Positions 49,546-59,176 of a stretch of 64,000 bases of DNA are shown piece by piece. The stretch lies in contig CAVYLP010000004.1 in assembly GCA_963769425.1 (NCBI GenBank), positions 64,001-128,000 on the forward strand, written 5' to 3'. The stretch comes from Candidatus Bathyarchaeota archaeon. GTDB taxonomy: Archaea; Thermoproteota; Bathyarchaeia; TCS64. The notes under the pieces are model-generated. The model was not told where the DNA came from, did no database searches, and was given only the letters and a program-made list of their open reading frames with translations. Position 1 is the first letter of the stretch. Each line of letters begins with the position of its first letter. Both the position numbers and the translations under genes were made by a program.

Positions 49546-50682
49546 TTACGCGTTGTCGGGGGTCGGTTCCTCAGAGTGAGTGGAGACAGGCTGAGCCTCT
49601 GAATCCTTACTTACGTCTGGTGTTGCGGGTGCAACCGATTTGGGCTCCTCTTTCGGCTGCTCAGGTGGTGCACCTCTTATTTTCCTCATCAAGGAGTCGA
49701 AGGGCTCCCACCCTTTTCGCTTCGCATAAAGGACAACGACGAAGATGACGACACCAGGTAATAGGGATCTTAGAACGGAGTTGAAGACGACGTCGAATGC
49801 TGGTTGCTCTTGCATTAAGAACCAGTTGATTGGTACCGTGCTTCCGGTAGTGACCCACCACGAGCTAGGGGTAATGTTAGTTGTCCACCATGTTATGTCG
49901 CATGCGATGGGTACCATGATAAGGACGAGGTGGTAGAGCCACACCATTACTCCCGTGTCGTCATCGTGGAATGCGAGGGGGACCAAAAGGCAGCCCACGT
50001 ACCATACGGCAATCGCGAGGTTGTCAAGGATGAGATGTGCACTACCTGAATCGTTCTGGGTTTTACTGGGGATGAACCAGTAGCTAGCCACAATCACCAC
50101 GGCAACGAGCAGGGGGGCTAAGGATAGGGGAGGGAATCGCCCAACTGCGGGTCTCTTCGCAGCTAGGATGTAATCTATGAAGAACGCTAGCGCCATGAAC
50201 CCTATTACTAAACCGAATCCCCTGAGTGTCTTTATGAAGAGACTGAAGTAACCGATTATCGGAATGTGCCCGACCACCTTGCCCATAACGTTCGAGGCGG
50301 ATACTGGTGTCCCATCGGCAGAGAAGTTGTTGTCCCCCTTTGTCACGTAGCTGATGACGCCATTCGAGTCGATTCTCCTGATTGCCCGATGCACTATGTA
50401 CTCATCCGTTGTCCCCGGTTTCAGGAAGACGATAATCTCTCCCTCTGGAGGTGAAGCGGCCGTAATCTGGTTTGTGTCCGGTATCTTCGCGACGATGATG
50501 TAGTCGCCAACGCCCAAGGTCGGGACCATACTCTGGCTTACGACCACCATCATCGGGTATTCTGTCCCGAGGGCTCCCCTGAGAATGTATGTGCCGCCGA
50601 AGAAAGCAAGTATCAACACAGCAAAGGCGACACCGTATTTTATGATGTCCTTAACCTTGGGGTCCAACTTAGATAGCCCCAA
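49546..50682 (-). CDS. Signal peptidase I (archaeal Sec11 type) with C-terminal membrane extension
   Basis: VVSQSMVPTL..GD, IVHR and TKGDNN. Confidence 0.9.
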   Translation of the reverse strand: MGLSKLDPKVKDIIKYGVAFAVLILAFFGGTYILRGALGTEYPMMVVVSQSMVPTLGVGDYIIVAKIPDTNQITAASPPEGEIIVFLKPGTTDEYIVHRAIRRIDSNGVISYVTKGDNNFSADGTPVSASNVMGKVVGHIPIIGYFSLFIKTLRGFGLVIGFMALAFFIDYILAAKRPAVGRFPPLSLAPLLVAVVIVASYWFIPSKTQNDSGSAHLILDNLAIAVWYVGCLLVPLAFHDDDTGVMVWLYHLVLIMVPIACDITWWTTNITPSSWWVTTGSTVPINWFLMQEQPAFDVVFNSVLRSLLPGVVIFVVVLYAKRKGWEPFDSLMRKIRGAPPEQPKEEPKSVAPATPDVSKDSEAQPVSTHSEEPTPDNA

Positions 50683-50692
50683 TGGGGGCTTG

Positions 50693-51047
50693 CTAATCAG
50701 CCTTTCGGGGTGTGAGCCAACCCGTCAGGTCCTGGCAGCTGACCGGGTCCCTGACGCCGCTCTCGAAGCACTTGTCGATGTCGGCGCAAATCATACACGG
50801 GCACCCCTCTATGCTGTCCATCGTGACCAGCTCCTTCTTGCTAAACAGCTTGTAGCTCCACCTTCCTTCGTGTAGTACCTTGCGCCTCTCTACTGAACCT
50901 TTCTCTTCGAAGCGGAGGGCGAGCCTCGACCCCTCCCTGCTGCTTACGCCGAGCTCTTTCCATAAGTTCGCTCTGCATTATCCCGCCCTCACCCGCCTCG
51001 AAAATAATCTTCAGGGCGCGCTGCTCGAGGCTATTTTTATGGGACAA
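50693..51047 (-). CDS. TFE-beta / RPC34-like wHTH protein with C-terminal Cys cluster, +1 frameshift near 50963
   Basis: GIMQSEL[W]KELGVSSREGSRLALRFEEKG...GRWSYKL...CPCMICADIDKC...DPVSCQDLTGW; directly downstream of tbp. Confidence 0.78.
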
Positions 51048-51060
51048 GGGTCTCTCCCGA

Positions 51061-51684
51061 CTATTCCTCGTAGTAGATGAGGTCGTAGTCCTCAAGGATG
51101 CCGTGCAGCTTCTCCACGGCTTCGCGGACCATGTCCTCATGTTTGGCGCCTGTGCAGACGAGTTTGCCGCTCGCGAAGAGGAGCATTACGACCTTCGGTT
51201 CACCCATCCTGAAGATGAGGCCGGGGAACTGCTCGGGCTCGTACATGACGTTGTCCATGATGTCGGCTGCTGTCTCGAGGTCTATCTTACCGTGGAGGTT
51301 CGCCGAGGCGACTATGTTCTGTATGACGATCTTCGGCTTGCCGAGGATGATGATGCCGTTGGTCTTCAGCTCCCTGACGACCTTCTTCACCGCGCTCCGT
51401 GCCTGTTTCTCTGACTTGGCGCCGGTACAGACCATCTTACCGGATCCGAAGATGAGCGTCGCGGTCTTCGGCCTCTTCAGCCTGAAGACGAGGCCGGGGA
51501 ACTGCTTGGGGCGGTACTCGACGTTGCGGAATACCTTCATTATCGCGAGTAGGTCGATCTTCTGGTCGAGGGTCGCCGAGGCGACGACGTTCTCGATGCT
51601 TATATGTAGGTCCTTCTTTTCAGCCACGTCCTTGACGCTTACGGGTAGGTCTTTCTTCTCAGCCAATTGATCTTCACCAATCAT
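51061..51684 (-). CDS. tbp: TATA-box binding protein
   Basis: Two repeats of NVVASA...Y.P.QFPGL.FR...F.SGK.VCTGAK. Confidence 0.97.
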   Translation of the reverse strand: MIGEDQLAEKKDLPVSVKDVAEKKDLHISIENVVASATLDQKIDLLAIMKVFRNVEYRPKQFPGLVFRLKRPKTATLIFGSGKMVCTGAKSEKQARSAVKKVVRELKTNGIIILGKPKIVIQNIVASANLHGKIDLETAADIMDNVMYEPEQFPGLIFRMGEPKVVMLLFASGKLVCTGAKHEDMVREAVEKLHGILEDYDLIYYEE

Positions 51685-51690
51685 CCATGA

Positions 51691-52017
51691 TTAGAGGTCG
51701 TCCAACCTGCCCAGCAGATCGGTAGGCAGTAGGTCTTGGTTTACTATCTCAACGACGGGGAAGCTGCTTACATTGGGCTCGTGCTGCACATTCTCTGAGG
51801 AGCCGATCTCGCCGCTGTAGCTGTTGTACGTGATGAAGTTGCCCTTGATCGGCTCCTTCTCCTTGACGAAGTAGAGGAACATCTCGTGTAGTGTCCCGCC
51901 CACTAGGAAGTAGAGGTGGGATTTGTCGTTCGCTAGGTGCTGGATCACCCCGCTTGAGGGGGAGGATGCTACGAGCATTATTAGGTCCCTGAGGGACCGA
52001 AGTTGAACGAACTTCAT
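51691..52017 (-). CDS. Conserved-looking hypothetical protein upstream of tbp
   Basis: 108-aa ORF with backbone-like codon usage, in an operon-like arrangement. Confidence 0.75.
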   Translation of the reverse strand: MKFVQLRSLRDLIMLVASSPSSGVIQHLANDKSHLYFLVGGTLHEMFLYFVKEKEPIKGNFITYNSYSGEIGSSENVQHEPNVSSFPVVEIVNQDLLPTDLLGRLDDL

Positions 52018-52246
52018 GGCGTTACCTTATAAAGGGTGCATTCAAGTATATAAATAGTTTAAATATGTCTAAATGTTTCAGCTTGAGTTAAATTCGTTTC
52101 ATGAGAATAACGTCCCATTTATATAATTTGACTCATCCAGATCAATTCATCAAATAACCATCTTACACGTTTATGATCTATACCTTATACGCCTCGACTA
52201 CTCCTTGAAGCAGGTTTATATCAAACACTTTTCCACCATCTGAAGC

Positions 52247-52687
52247 GTGAACATCTCCGATCTTCTGGTTGTCCTTCAGACGTCGCTCGCCCCCTGCGTC
52301 TTGATCAGCGGCGTCGGGCTCCTAGTTTTATCCATGACGAATAGACTTGGTCGCCCCCTGGATAGGATTAGGGCGCTGACGGGTGAGATCAGTAAGGCTG
52401 ACGGTAGTCAGAAGAAGGTGTTGCTTGAGGAGATCGATATTCTGTACAGGAGGGCGAGGCTTCTCCAAGCCGCAGTCACCTTCTCGGTTCTGAGTATCTT
52501 CTTCGTGGCGACGATCATCTTCTCGATATTCGTGACGGTGATGTTTGGTACGGGACTCGAGGGACTCATTGTGATTCAGTTCTCCGCGAGTCTCATCGCC
52601 CTCGTCGTATCCCTCGTGCTCTTCGTCTGGGATATTCAGCTCGGCCTCAACTCGATTAAGATAGAGATTGATCGCTGGAAGCCATAA
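52247..52687 (+). CDS. DUF2721 family membrane protein
   Basis: APCVLISGVGLLVLSMTNRLGR..DRIR; RRARLL. Confidence 0.85.
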   Translation: MNISDLLVVLQTSLAPCVLISGVGLLVLSMTNRLGRPLDRIRALTGEISKADGSQKKVLLEEIDILYRRARLLQAAVTFSVLSIFFVATIIFSIFVTVMFGTGLEGLIVIQFSASLIALVVSLVLFVWDIQLGLNSIKIEIDRWKP

Positions 52688-52768
52688 TGACCCCGGTGCG
52701 CCCTCTATATCCTGCTACGTTTTCTATATAGAATAGACCTAAACCACTGATGTACACAGCCCTGATCG

Positions 52769-53206
52769 GTGAAGAAAATGAACTGCAAGGTATGCGGGGA
52801 GACCAACCCAGAGGACGCGAGGTTCTGCAGCCGCTGCGGCTCCAGCCTTAGCGTTGACGGCCAGAGTTTCATAGTGGCCACGATGCCGACGATCCCTGGT
52901 TATAAGGTGAAGAAAGTGATAGGGATTGTGTCGGGCATCACCCCGAGGACGAGGGGGATACTCGGGAAGTTCATCGCTGGGATCGAGTCTATGATCGGCG
53001 GTGAGGTCACGGCGTTCAGCTACGAGATCGAGAAAGCACGCGCAGAGGCGATCGACAGAGTCAGGGCTAAGGCGGTGGCGATGGGCGCGAACGCCGTCCT
53101 GAGTGTGGACATCGAGACCTCGGATATGGGCTACCAGATGGGCATACTAGTCTTCTCAGCGACGGGCACAGCCGTTGTAGTGGAGCCAGAGACACAAGCG
53201 AACTAG
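52769..53206 (+). CDS. Zinc-ribbon plus YbjQ (UPF0145) heavy-metal-binding protein
   Basis: CKVCG..N...ARFCSRCG; GGEVTA; MGANAV; ATGTAV. Confidence 0.88.
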   Translation: MKKMNCKVCGETNPEDARFCSRCGSSLSVDGQSFIVATMPTIPGYKVKKVIGIVSGITPRTRGILGKFIAGIESMIGGEVTAFSYEIEKARAEAIDRVRAKAVAMGANAVLSVDIETSDMGYQMGILVFSATGTAVVVEPETQAN

Positions 53207-53737
53207 TCTGTTTTCCGCTGAATGTCGAAAATAATCGGTGCGAAGAACTCCTTCTTCGCCCTGCAGATGGGGCAGAGGTAGGGTGGTTCCTCGCGGTAGA
53301 CGACGTAGCCGCACTGTTTGCAGTACCAGAGCTTGTTCCCTTTTGTCTGGGGAGTTGCTACTGATTGAGTCTTCGTTTCCTCCGTTGGCTTTGGGGTGAG
53401 GTCAGGGAACATCTTCTCGGCGGGTCTCCGCTCCGGTATAGGTATGGGTTTTCCAGAGTCGTAGATTGCCTTGTTGACGTAGAGGCTGCAGTAGCAGGCG
53501 CCGTACTCGGCGAGGTCGGGGTCGCGGTAGTCGCAGGGGCAGATTATGTCACGGTCCTGCTCGTAGACGCCTGTGGCGGGTCTGCAGGGGCAGGAGGGGT
53601 AGCCGTAGCGGTCCTCGTTTGTCTTCAGGCCCTCGAGTAGGTCTTGTAGGAACTTCTGCTCGGGGAGTGAGGTAGTAGCCGTGCATCTTTGCGTCGGCTT
53701 CAGCTCGTTGCTTGACTCTTTCTAACGTGATACTCAA
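53203..53737 (-). CDS. Ferredoxin:thioredoxin reductase catalytic domain fused to a rubredoxin-like domain (FDR type), frameshift near 53662
   Basis: Reconstructed YGYPSCPCR, ICPCDY, GACYCSLY, then WYCKQCGY...PPYLCPIC. Confidence 0.85.
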
Positions 53738-54018
53738 AGGCCTAACGCCCCTAGGATCTTCTCTGGTTGGTAGCCGCTGATGAGTTGGGTTTCGTCAATG
53801 ATTACGATTGGGAAGCCGAGGGGGGCGTTGCGCTTCTGTAGGTCTTCTATAGCGGCCTTGCGTTCCTCTGCTTTTAGGACGTCGACGTCGAGGTATTCGT
53901 AGGCGACGCCCTTCTCCTTGAGGAGTTCCTTCGTCTTCTTACACCAGCCGCATGTGCTGAGGGTGTAGAGGAATACCCGGTGTTGTTTCTTGTCTCCGTC
54001 AACCTTGGTGATGGGCAA
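53734..54018 (-). CDS. Glutaredoxin/NrdH-like protein
   Basis: YTLSTCGWCKK, GFP; overlaps the FDR start. Confidence 0.88.
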   Translation of the reverse strand: MPITKVDGDKKQHRVFLYTLSTCGWCKKTKELLKEKGVAYEYLDVDVLKAEERKAAIEDLQKRNAPLGFPIVIIDETQLISGYQPEKILGALGL

Positions 54019-54121
54019 CTGAGAATTCTCCTTTGGTAGGTTTCTCTCTGCGAGGTTAATAAATGGTGATTCGGCTCGGAATCGTCTTCTAGGTGTTCGG
54101 CCGTGTTTGTTTTGATCTGTT

Positions 54122-55351
54122 TTGGGCGGGGTGAAGGTCTGGGACGGCTACAGGGCGTATGGTTACCTTGAGGCGGGGTTCGACTACAGGGTCTTCAAGC
54201 TTACGAGGGGGGCGGGGAGGGTTCCCGAGTATAAGGTTTCACTCTCGAGAGCGGAAGAGGAGAGGTTTAAAGGGCTCATAGAGGGGAACACCGTTGTCGA
54301 CCTGCATGAGCATCCTGTTCTCTACCCGGAAGACATGGCTCAGCTACCGGAGGTTAATGGGCTTGGGCGACAGTTCACCGCCTACGAAGATATCGCGAGA
54401 GCTGGCGTGGACTGTGTTTTCGACCATATGATGGATGGTATGAGCTATATTACGAGCTTCAGCGGTTGGAAGTGGGACGACATCGTCCACGACATCGGTA
54501 TCAGGCTCTGTGATCTGGCTCATCAAGGCACGGTCATCCATTGCAAAGGTCTAAGTGACGTTGAGGAAGCGCGTAGGAGCAGGAGGATCGCCCTCGTTCT
54601 CTGCTTAGAGTCAGCAACACCGATAGAGAACGAGATTGATCGTGTCGATGTTCTCTACGGCCTCGGCGTTAGGAGCATGGGTGTCTGTTACTCCGAGTCG
54701 AACATGCTTGGTGGAGGCATGGGTGAGAGCAGGCTTGACTCAGGTTTGACCGACTTTGGCTATGATGTGGTGAAGAGGATGAATAAGGTGGGGATGCTCG
54801 TCGATGTGGGGCACACGAACGATAAGACGGCGCTTGAGACAGTCGAGGCGTCTGAGGACCCGATCTATAACAGCCATAGCGGTCCAGGGGCGATTGCTCA
54901 GGGTCACACGAACGGTGACGAGTTCCTGCATGCTCTGGCGGAGAGCGATGGGTTGTTGGGCGTCGGTGGAGCGGGTAGAGGTCTCAGGACGAGGAAGCAC
55001 CCGATCGGAAGCATCGACAGCTACGGTGAGTGTCTCGCTTACTGCATAGATTTGATGGGAGTGGACCATGTCGGGTGTGGACCTGACTCCTTGTACGGCG
55101 ACCATCAAGCACTCTACAGGGTGTGGTTCCCTAGACGGATGGGTCACTATAAACGGCCAGGCGCGGGTGATGTTGAGGAGTTCCCTATCTCGAGTGGGGA
55201 GGTTGACCTGGGCTATGTCAGTGGGCTTGAGAATCCGAGTGAGTTCACGAACATCGCTCGGTGGATGGTGGCGAATGGTTACAGTGATGGTGAGATCGGT
55301 AAGGTGATGGGTGGAAACGCGCTCAGGCTCCTTAAGCGGGTGTGGGGCTGA
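54122..55351 (+). CDS. Membrane dipeptidase (peptidase M19)
   Basis: DLHEH, GLTDFG..VVKRMNKVGMLVDVGH, SHS, GVDHVG.GPD and MGGNALR. Confidence 0.9.
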   Translation: MGGVKVWDGYRAYGYLEAGFDYRVFKLTRGAGRVPEYKVSLSRAEEERFKGLIEGNTVVDLHEHPVLYPEDMAQLPEVNGLGRQFTAYEDIARAGVDCVFDHMMDGMSYITSFSGWKWDDIVHDIGIRLCDLAHQGTVIHCKGLSDVEEARRSRRIALVLCLESATPIENEIDRVDVLYGLGVRSMGVCYSESNMLGGGMGESRLDSGLTDFGYDVVKRMNKVGMLVDVGHTNDKTALETVEASEDPIYNSHSGPGAIAQGHTNGDEFLHALAESDGLLGVGGAGRGLRTRKHPIGSIDSYGECLAYCIDLMGVDHVGCGPDSLYGDHQALYRVWFPRRMGHYKRPGAGDVEEFPISSGEVDLGYVSGLENPSEFTNIARWMVANGYSDGEIGKVMGGNALRLLKRVWG

Positions 55352-55601
55352 TCCTTCTTCTGAGTATCGATGTGCATACGATCAGCCAGTATGTGTAGTT
55401 TGGTAGGGTTAGGGCGAAGCTTAGCCAGTAGCCCTGCTGGGCGTAGTAGGCTAGGGCTAGGCCTATTGCGAGTACGATGAGTAGGGTGCCGGGTAGGTTG
55501 TAGCCTTTGAGGACCTTGCGGTCCTTGAAGGCGGTGTAGAGCATTAGGAAGCCGCTTAGGAAGAGAAAGAGGTTGCCTGCGTCGAGTAGGAGGGTGTCCA
55601 C
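55332..55601 (-). CDS. Small hypothetical membrane protein (3 TM)
   Basis: 89-aa hydrophobic ORF with consistent third-position bias. Confidence 0.65.
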   Translation of the reverse strand: MDTLLLDAGNLFLFLSGFLMLYTAFKDRKVLKGYNLPGTLLIVLAIGLALAYYAQQGYWLSFALTLPNYTYWLIVCTSILRRRISPTPA

Positions 55602-55734
55602 GGTTGTGTTTGGTTGTTTGGGTTGATAATTGTTGGGCTCTATTGCGGGTTTTCTATGTTGATCGTTTTCATCATCATGAATCTTTTTTCACAGGGGAGT
55701 GGCGCGCGCATCGAGTTCTTGACGAATCATGTTC

Positions 55735-56553
55735 CTATTTTTGGGTGGCACGTTTCCCTATGTTTGTGACGATGATCTCCCTTATTGGGCCTCTTCCTGT
55801 GGTCTTCGTGTTTATGCTGCGGTTAGCGTGGACGGTCACGGTCCTGAAACCCCTGTAGAGCCTCTTCGCGGGTTCGCTGTTGCTAAGGACGAATAGGACG
55901 CCTCGGGCGTCGAGTTCACGGATCGTCTCGCTGAGCCTCTCCTGCTCGGCCCAGGGGAAGCCGTTTTGGCTGTAGGTGTTGAAGTTGGATGTCCTGCTGA
56001 GGGGCTCGTAGGGGGGGTCGAGGTAGACGATATCTCCCTCTTGGGCTGCTTCGAGGAGGTAGGAGAAGTCCTCGTTCCTGATCTCGACCCGTTTCAGTGC
56101 CTCGCTAGCTGAGTAGATGTCGTCCTCGGGAACTATGGTGGGGTTCTTGTAGGTGCCGAACGGGACGTTGAAGACGCCCCTACTGTTAACCCTGTAGAGG
56201 CCGTTGTACCCGGTCTTGTTCAGGTATAGGAGGATGGCCGCGTCCTCAACCGGCGCGAGCCCGTCCTCGTTGAACCTGTCCCGAAGCTGGTAGTAGGTGT
56301 CTCTGTCATAGGAATATTTCGATGCCTCCTCGATGAGCAGGTTCGGCTCGTCCCTCACGACCCTGTAGAAGTTAATGAGTCGGTGGTTAACGTCGTTCAC
56401 GGTCCCCCTCCTCGGCTTGACTGTGAAGAAGAGTGCACCACCTCCGAGAAATGGCTCATGATAGGCGCGTTCGGCGTAATCAGGTGGGAAGATTGCGAGT
56501 ATAGCCTGTATCAGGCTTCTCTTCCCCCCAGCCCACTTTAGTATTGCCGTCAT
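55735..56553 (-). CDS. Dam-family (D12 class) DNA adenine methyltransferase, solitary
   Basis: LKWAGGK, EPFLGGG, NKTGYNGLYRVN..G.FNVPFG and YLDPPY. Confidence 0.93.
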   Translation of the reverse strand: MTAILKWAGGKRSLIQAILAIFPPDYAERAYHEPFLGGGALFFTVKPRRGTVNDVNHRLINFYRVVRDEPNLLIEEASKYSYDRDTYYQLRDRFNEDGLAPVEDAAILLYLNKTGYNGLYRVNSRGVFNVPFGTYKNPTIVPEDDIYSASEALKRVEIRNEDFSYLLEAAQEGDIVYLDPPYEPLSRTSNFNTYSQNGFPWAEQERLSETIRELDARGVLFVLSNSEPAKRLYRGFRTVTVHANRSINTKTTGRGPIREIIVTNIGKRATQK

Positions 56554-56596
56554 CGACCAGCATCATCTTCTACTTCGAAACACGTTGAAGTGGCGG

Positions 56597-56626
56597 TAAC
56601 GACATAACTATATAGTTATATCGTTA
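56597..56626. promoter_or_regulatory. 30-bp near-perfect palindrome in a divergent promoter region
   Basis: TAACGACATAACTATATAGTTATATCGTTA, one mismatched pair. Confidence 0.55.
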
Positions 56627-56676
56627 TGGTGGAAGGCTCTCGATAGCCATAATTACATCCCTTCAATCTCGATCAC

Positions 56677-56940
56677 TTGATGAGACCTCGTATCTTAGTC
56701 GTGAGCCTGGTCGTTGTTGCCATAACGCTTCTAGCCATGCTATGGGGTTCGACCTACTCAGTCCCCGACCTCGTTAGGGTCGACTACGGGCTCCCACTTA
56801 GGTGGGGGAGCAACACCCTCGACACGCTGGCGGGGCCCGTGGACCGGTGGTCCGTGGACATGATGTCCCTCGCGTTGGACCTCATCTTCTGGTTCGCGAC
56901 GCTGTTAGTTGTTCAGTTCATCGTCTCCAGACGATGGTAG
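56677..56940 (+). CDS. Small hypothetical membrane protein
   Basis: Two hydrophobic segments flanking YGLPLRW. Confidence 0.65.
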   Translation: MMRPRILVVSLVVVAITLLAMLWGSTYSVPDLVRVDYGLPLRWGSNTLDTLAGPVDRWSVDMMSLALDLIFWFATLLVVQFIVSRRW

Positions 56941-57025
56941 GCCCCTTTTTTCCCACTATCCGGGGATATTCCAAGAAATGAGAAATCGGGTCAGATGCGG
57001 CGTAGAAAAAAGCCGATGGCGTTTT

Positions 57026-57922
57026 CTAGAAGATGTCCTTGCCGTCCACCGCGAGGAGCCGTGACCAGTTCTCGGTTGTGGTCTCCTGGATCGAGGCGAT
57101 CTCCTCGTCTTTCAGGTGTCTGAACCTGCCCTGCATCTTGAGGGCCTCTGAGACGGGTTTCAGCTCCCTCGGCTTGTACGTCAGCTTGAAGCTGTGCCCG
57201 TCGAGTATCTCGTAGAGCGGCCAGAGGCCCGACTCGACTGAGAGCCTCGCGAGCTTTATCGTGTCCTTCGGGTCAGTGCCCCACCCCGTCGGGCAGGGGC
57301 TGAAGATGTGCATGTACCTGAAGCCCTTCAGCTCCTTCGCGTATACGATCTTCGCCGTGAGGTCCTCGGGGTAGGCGACTGAAGCCGTACCGACGTACGG
57401 CACGTGGTGCAGGGCGAGTATCATTGGGACGTTCTTCTTCTCCGCGGTCTTCCCCCTGCTCATCTTGGCGATTGGCGTCGTCGTGGTGCTCGCGTGCGAG
57501 GGCGTGGCGCTGCTCCTCTGCCCTCCCGTGTTCATGTAAGCCTCGTTGTCGTAGGTGAACCACATCACGTTCTCGTTCCTCTCGGCGGCCCCGGAGAGGC
57601 CCTGGAACCCGATGTCCGCGGTCCCCCCGTCCCCGATGAGGCCCGCGACGATGATGTCCTCCCTTCCGATGATCTTGTAGCCCCTCGAGAGGCCCGTCAT
57701 GAAGGCCGCCGCTCCCTCGAAGGCCGGGCCGAAGAAGCTGGGCACGCGTATGTTCATGAAGCCCGGGGCGCAGGAGGCGACCTCGACTCGAGCCGAGTTC
57801 CTTCCCAACGCCTTGAATACAAGCCTGCCGACGATGGACCCGCCGCAGCCCTGGCAAGCGGGGTTGCCCGACCACATGACCTCCTCCTCTCTGAGGTCCC
57901 GTATGCTCATTTTCTTGCTCAT
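57026..57922 (-). CDS. Pyruvate/2-oxoacid:ferredoxin oxidoreductase beta subunit
   Basis: ACQGCG, GDGGTADIG, DNEAYMNTGGQ and SPCPTGW. Confidence 0.93.
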   Translation of the reverse strand: MSKKMSIRDLREEEVMWSGNPACQGCGGSIVGRLVFKALGRNSARVEVASCAPGFMNIRVPSFFGPAFEGAAAFMTGLSRGYKIIGREDIIVAGLIGDGGTADIGFQGLSGAAERNENVMWFTYDNEAYMNTGGQRSSATPSHASTTTTPIAKMSRGKTAEKKNVPMILALHHVPYVGTASVAYPEDLTAKIVYAKELKGFRYMHIFSPCPTGWGTDPKDTIKLARLSVESGLWPLYEILDGHSFKLTYKPRELKPVSEALKMQGRFRHLKDEEIASIQETTTENWSRLLAVDGKDIF

Positions 57923-57926
57923 ATCA

Positions 57927-59175
57927 TCACCCTATCCATGTGGGAGCGTTGTCCACTCCGCCACCCTTGAGCGTCATATCGGCAGCCTTCTCGATGTCCC
58001 GTACCCTGACCTCGCGACCGGCGAGTCCGGCGTAGAAGCCTAGCACCTTCGGTCTCTCCTTCATGTCGTAGACGGCGCTCCGTATGGAGCCGTATGCGAT
58101 GCCGTTCTCCCCGAGGGAGATGTTGCGGTCGATGACGCCGATCGTCTTAACACGCTTGCCGATGTCCCTGAACTCCTCGTCGGGGAACGGCCTGTATGAC
58201 TTGAGCTTGACGAGGCCGATCTTCTTTCCCTGCTTGCGTAGGTTGTCGACGGCTACGCGTGCGGTGCTGGCGAGGGTGCCCATGGCGACGATGACGGCGT
58301 CGGCGTCCTCGGTGCGGTACTCCTCGACGAGGCCGTCACCGTAGCTGCGCCCGAAGAGCTTGCCGTAGTCCTCGTTCACCTCAGTGATGACCTTCTTCGC
58401 CCTCATCATGGCCTCCTGGTGCGCTCTCCACCTCCACTGGAGGTCGTGGCCCTTCCAGCTGATCATGGTCAGGTGGCTGAAGTTCTCGTCGCCCGCCCAG
58501 GGTGTGAATGGCTCGTTGATGCTCTTGCCCTGCGCCCAGTGCTTCTTGTACTCCTCGAGGTCGTGGTCCCACGTCTCGGGGAGGACTGGGTACTTCGGTC
58601 TTGAATGGTGGTAGCCACGCGTCGACCTTCTCCTGCTCTGGGATGGATGACGGGCTCGGCGGTGAAGCTGAGCACGTAGCCGTCCAGTGCGTAGGCGACT
58701 GGGAGGCGGACGCGGTCATCCTCCGCGATCTTGTACGCCATGATGCCCGTGTCGAGCACCTCCTGGTTGTTCTCGCAGTAGAGCTGAATCCACCCCGTCT
58801 CCCTCTGCGCGAGCAGGTCGGTGTGGTCGGGCTGCATCGTCCGTGACACTCCTGTTGCAGACCGCCATGACGACGGGTGCCCAGTAGCGCGCCGTGTGGT
58901 GGAGGGCGTGGCACATGTAGAGCAGTCCCTCGCCCGAAGTCGCAGTGAAGGCCCGTCGCCCCCGCGATGCTGCCCGAGAGGCAGACGAGCTGCGCCGTGA
59001 TCTCACCCTCGACGGTGACGAACTCCGCGGGGAGCTCGCCGCTCGCCACGAACTCGGATAGGTACTCGACGATCGTGGTCTGCGGCGTGATTGGGTAAGC
59101 CGCTATGAGGTTCGCCCTCGCGAGCTTCGTCGCGTAGGCCACCGCCTTGTTGCCAACCATTACCTCTGACTTCAA
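57927..59175 (-). CDS. Pyruvate/2-oxoacid:ferredoxin oxidoreductase alpha subunit, several frameshifts
   Basis: AYPITPQT, TATSGEGL, DGYVLS and YRPFP distributed over frames. Confidence 0.88.
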
Positions 59176-59176
59176 C

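Noticed and set aside
49546-51047. Fusion of the TFE-beta-like protein to signal peptidase
   Set aside because: A TAG at 50693-50695 ends the upstream frame, and the peptidase starts separately at 50682
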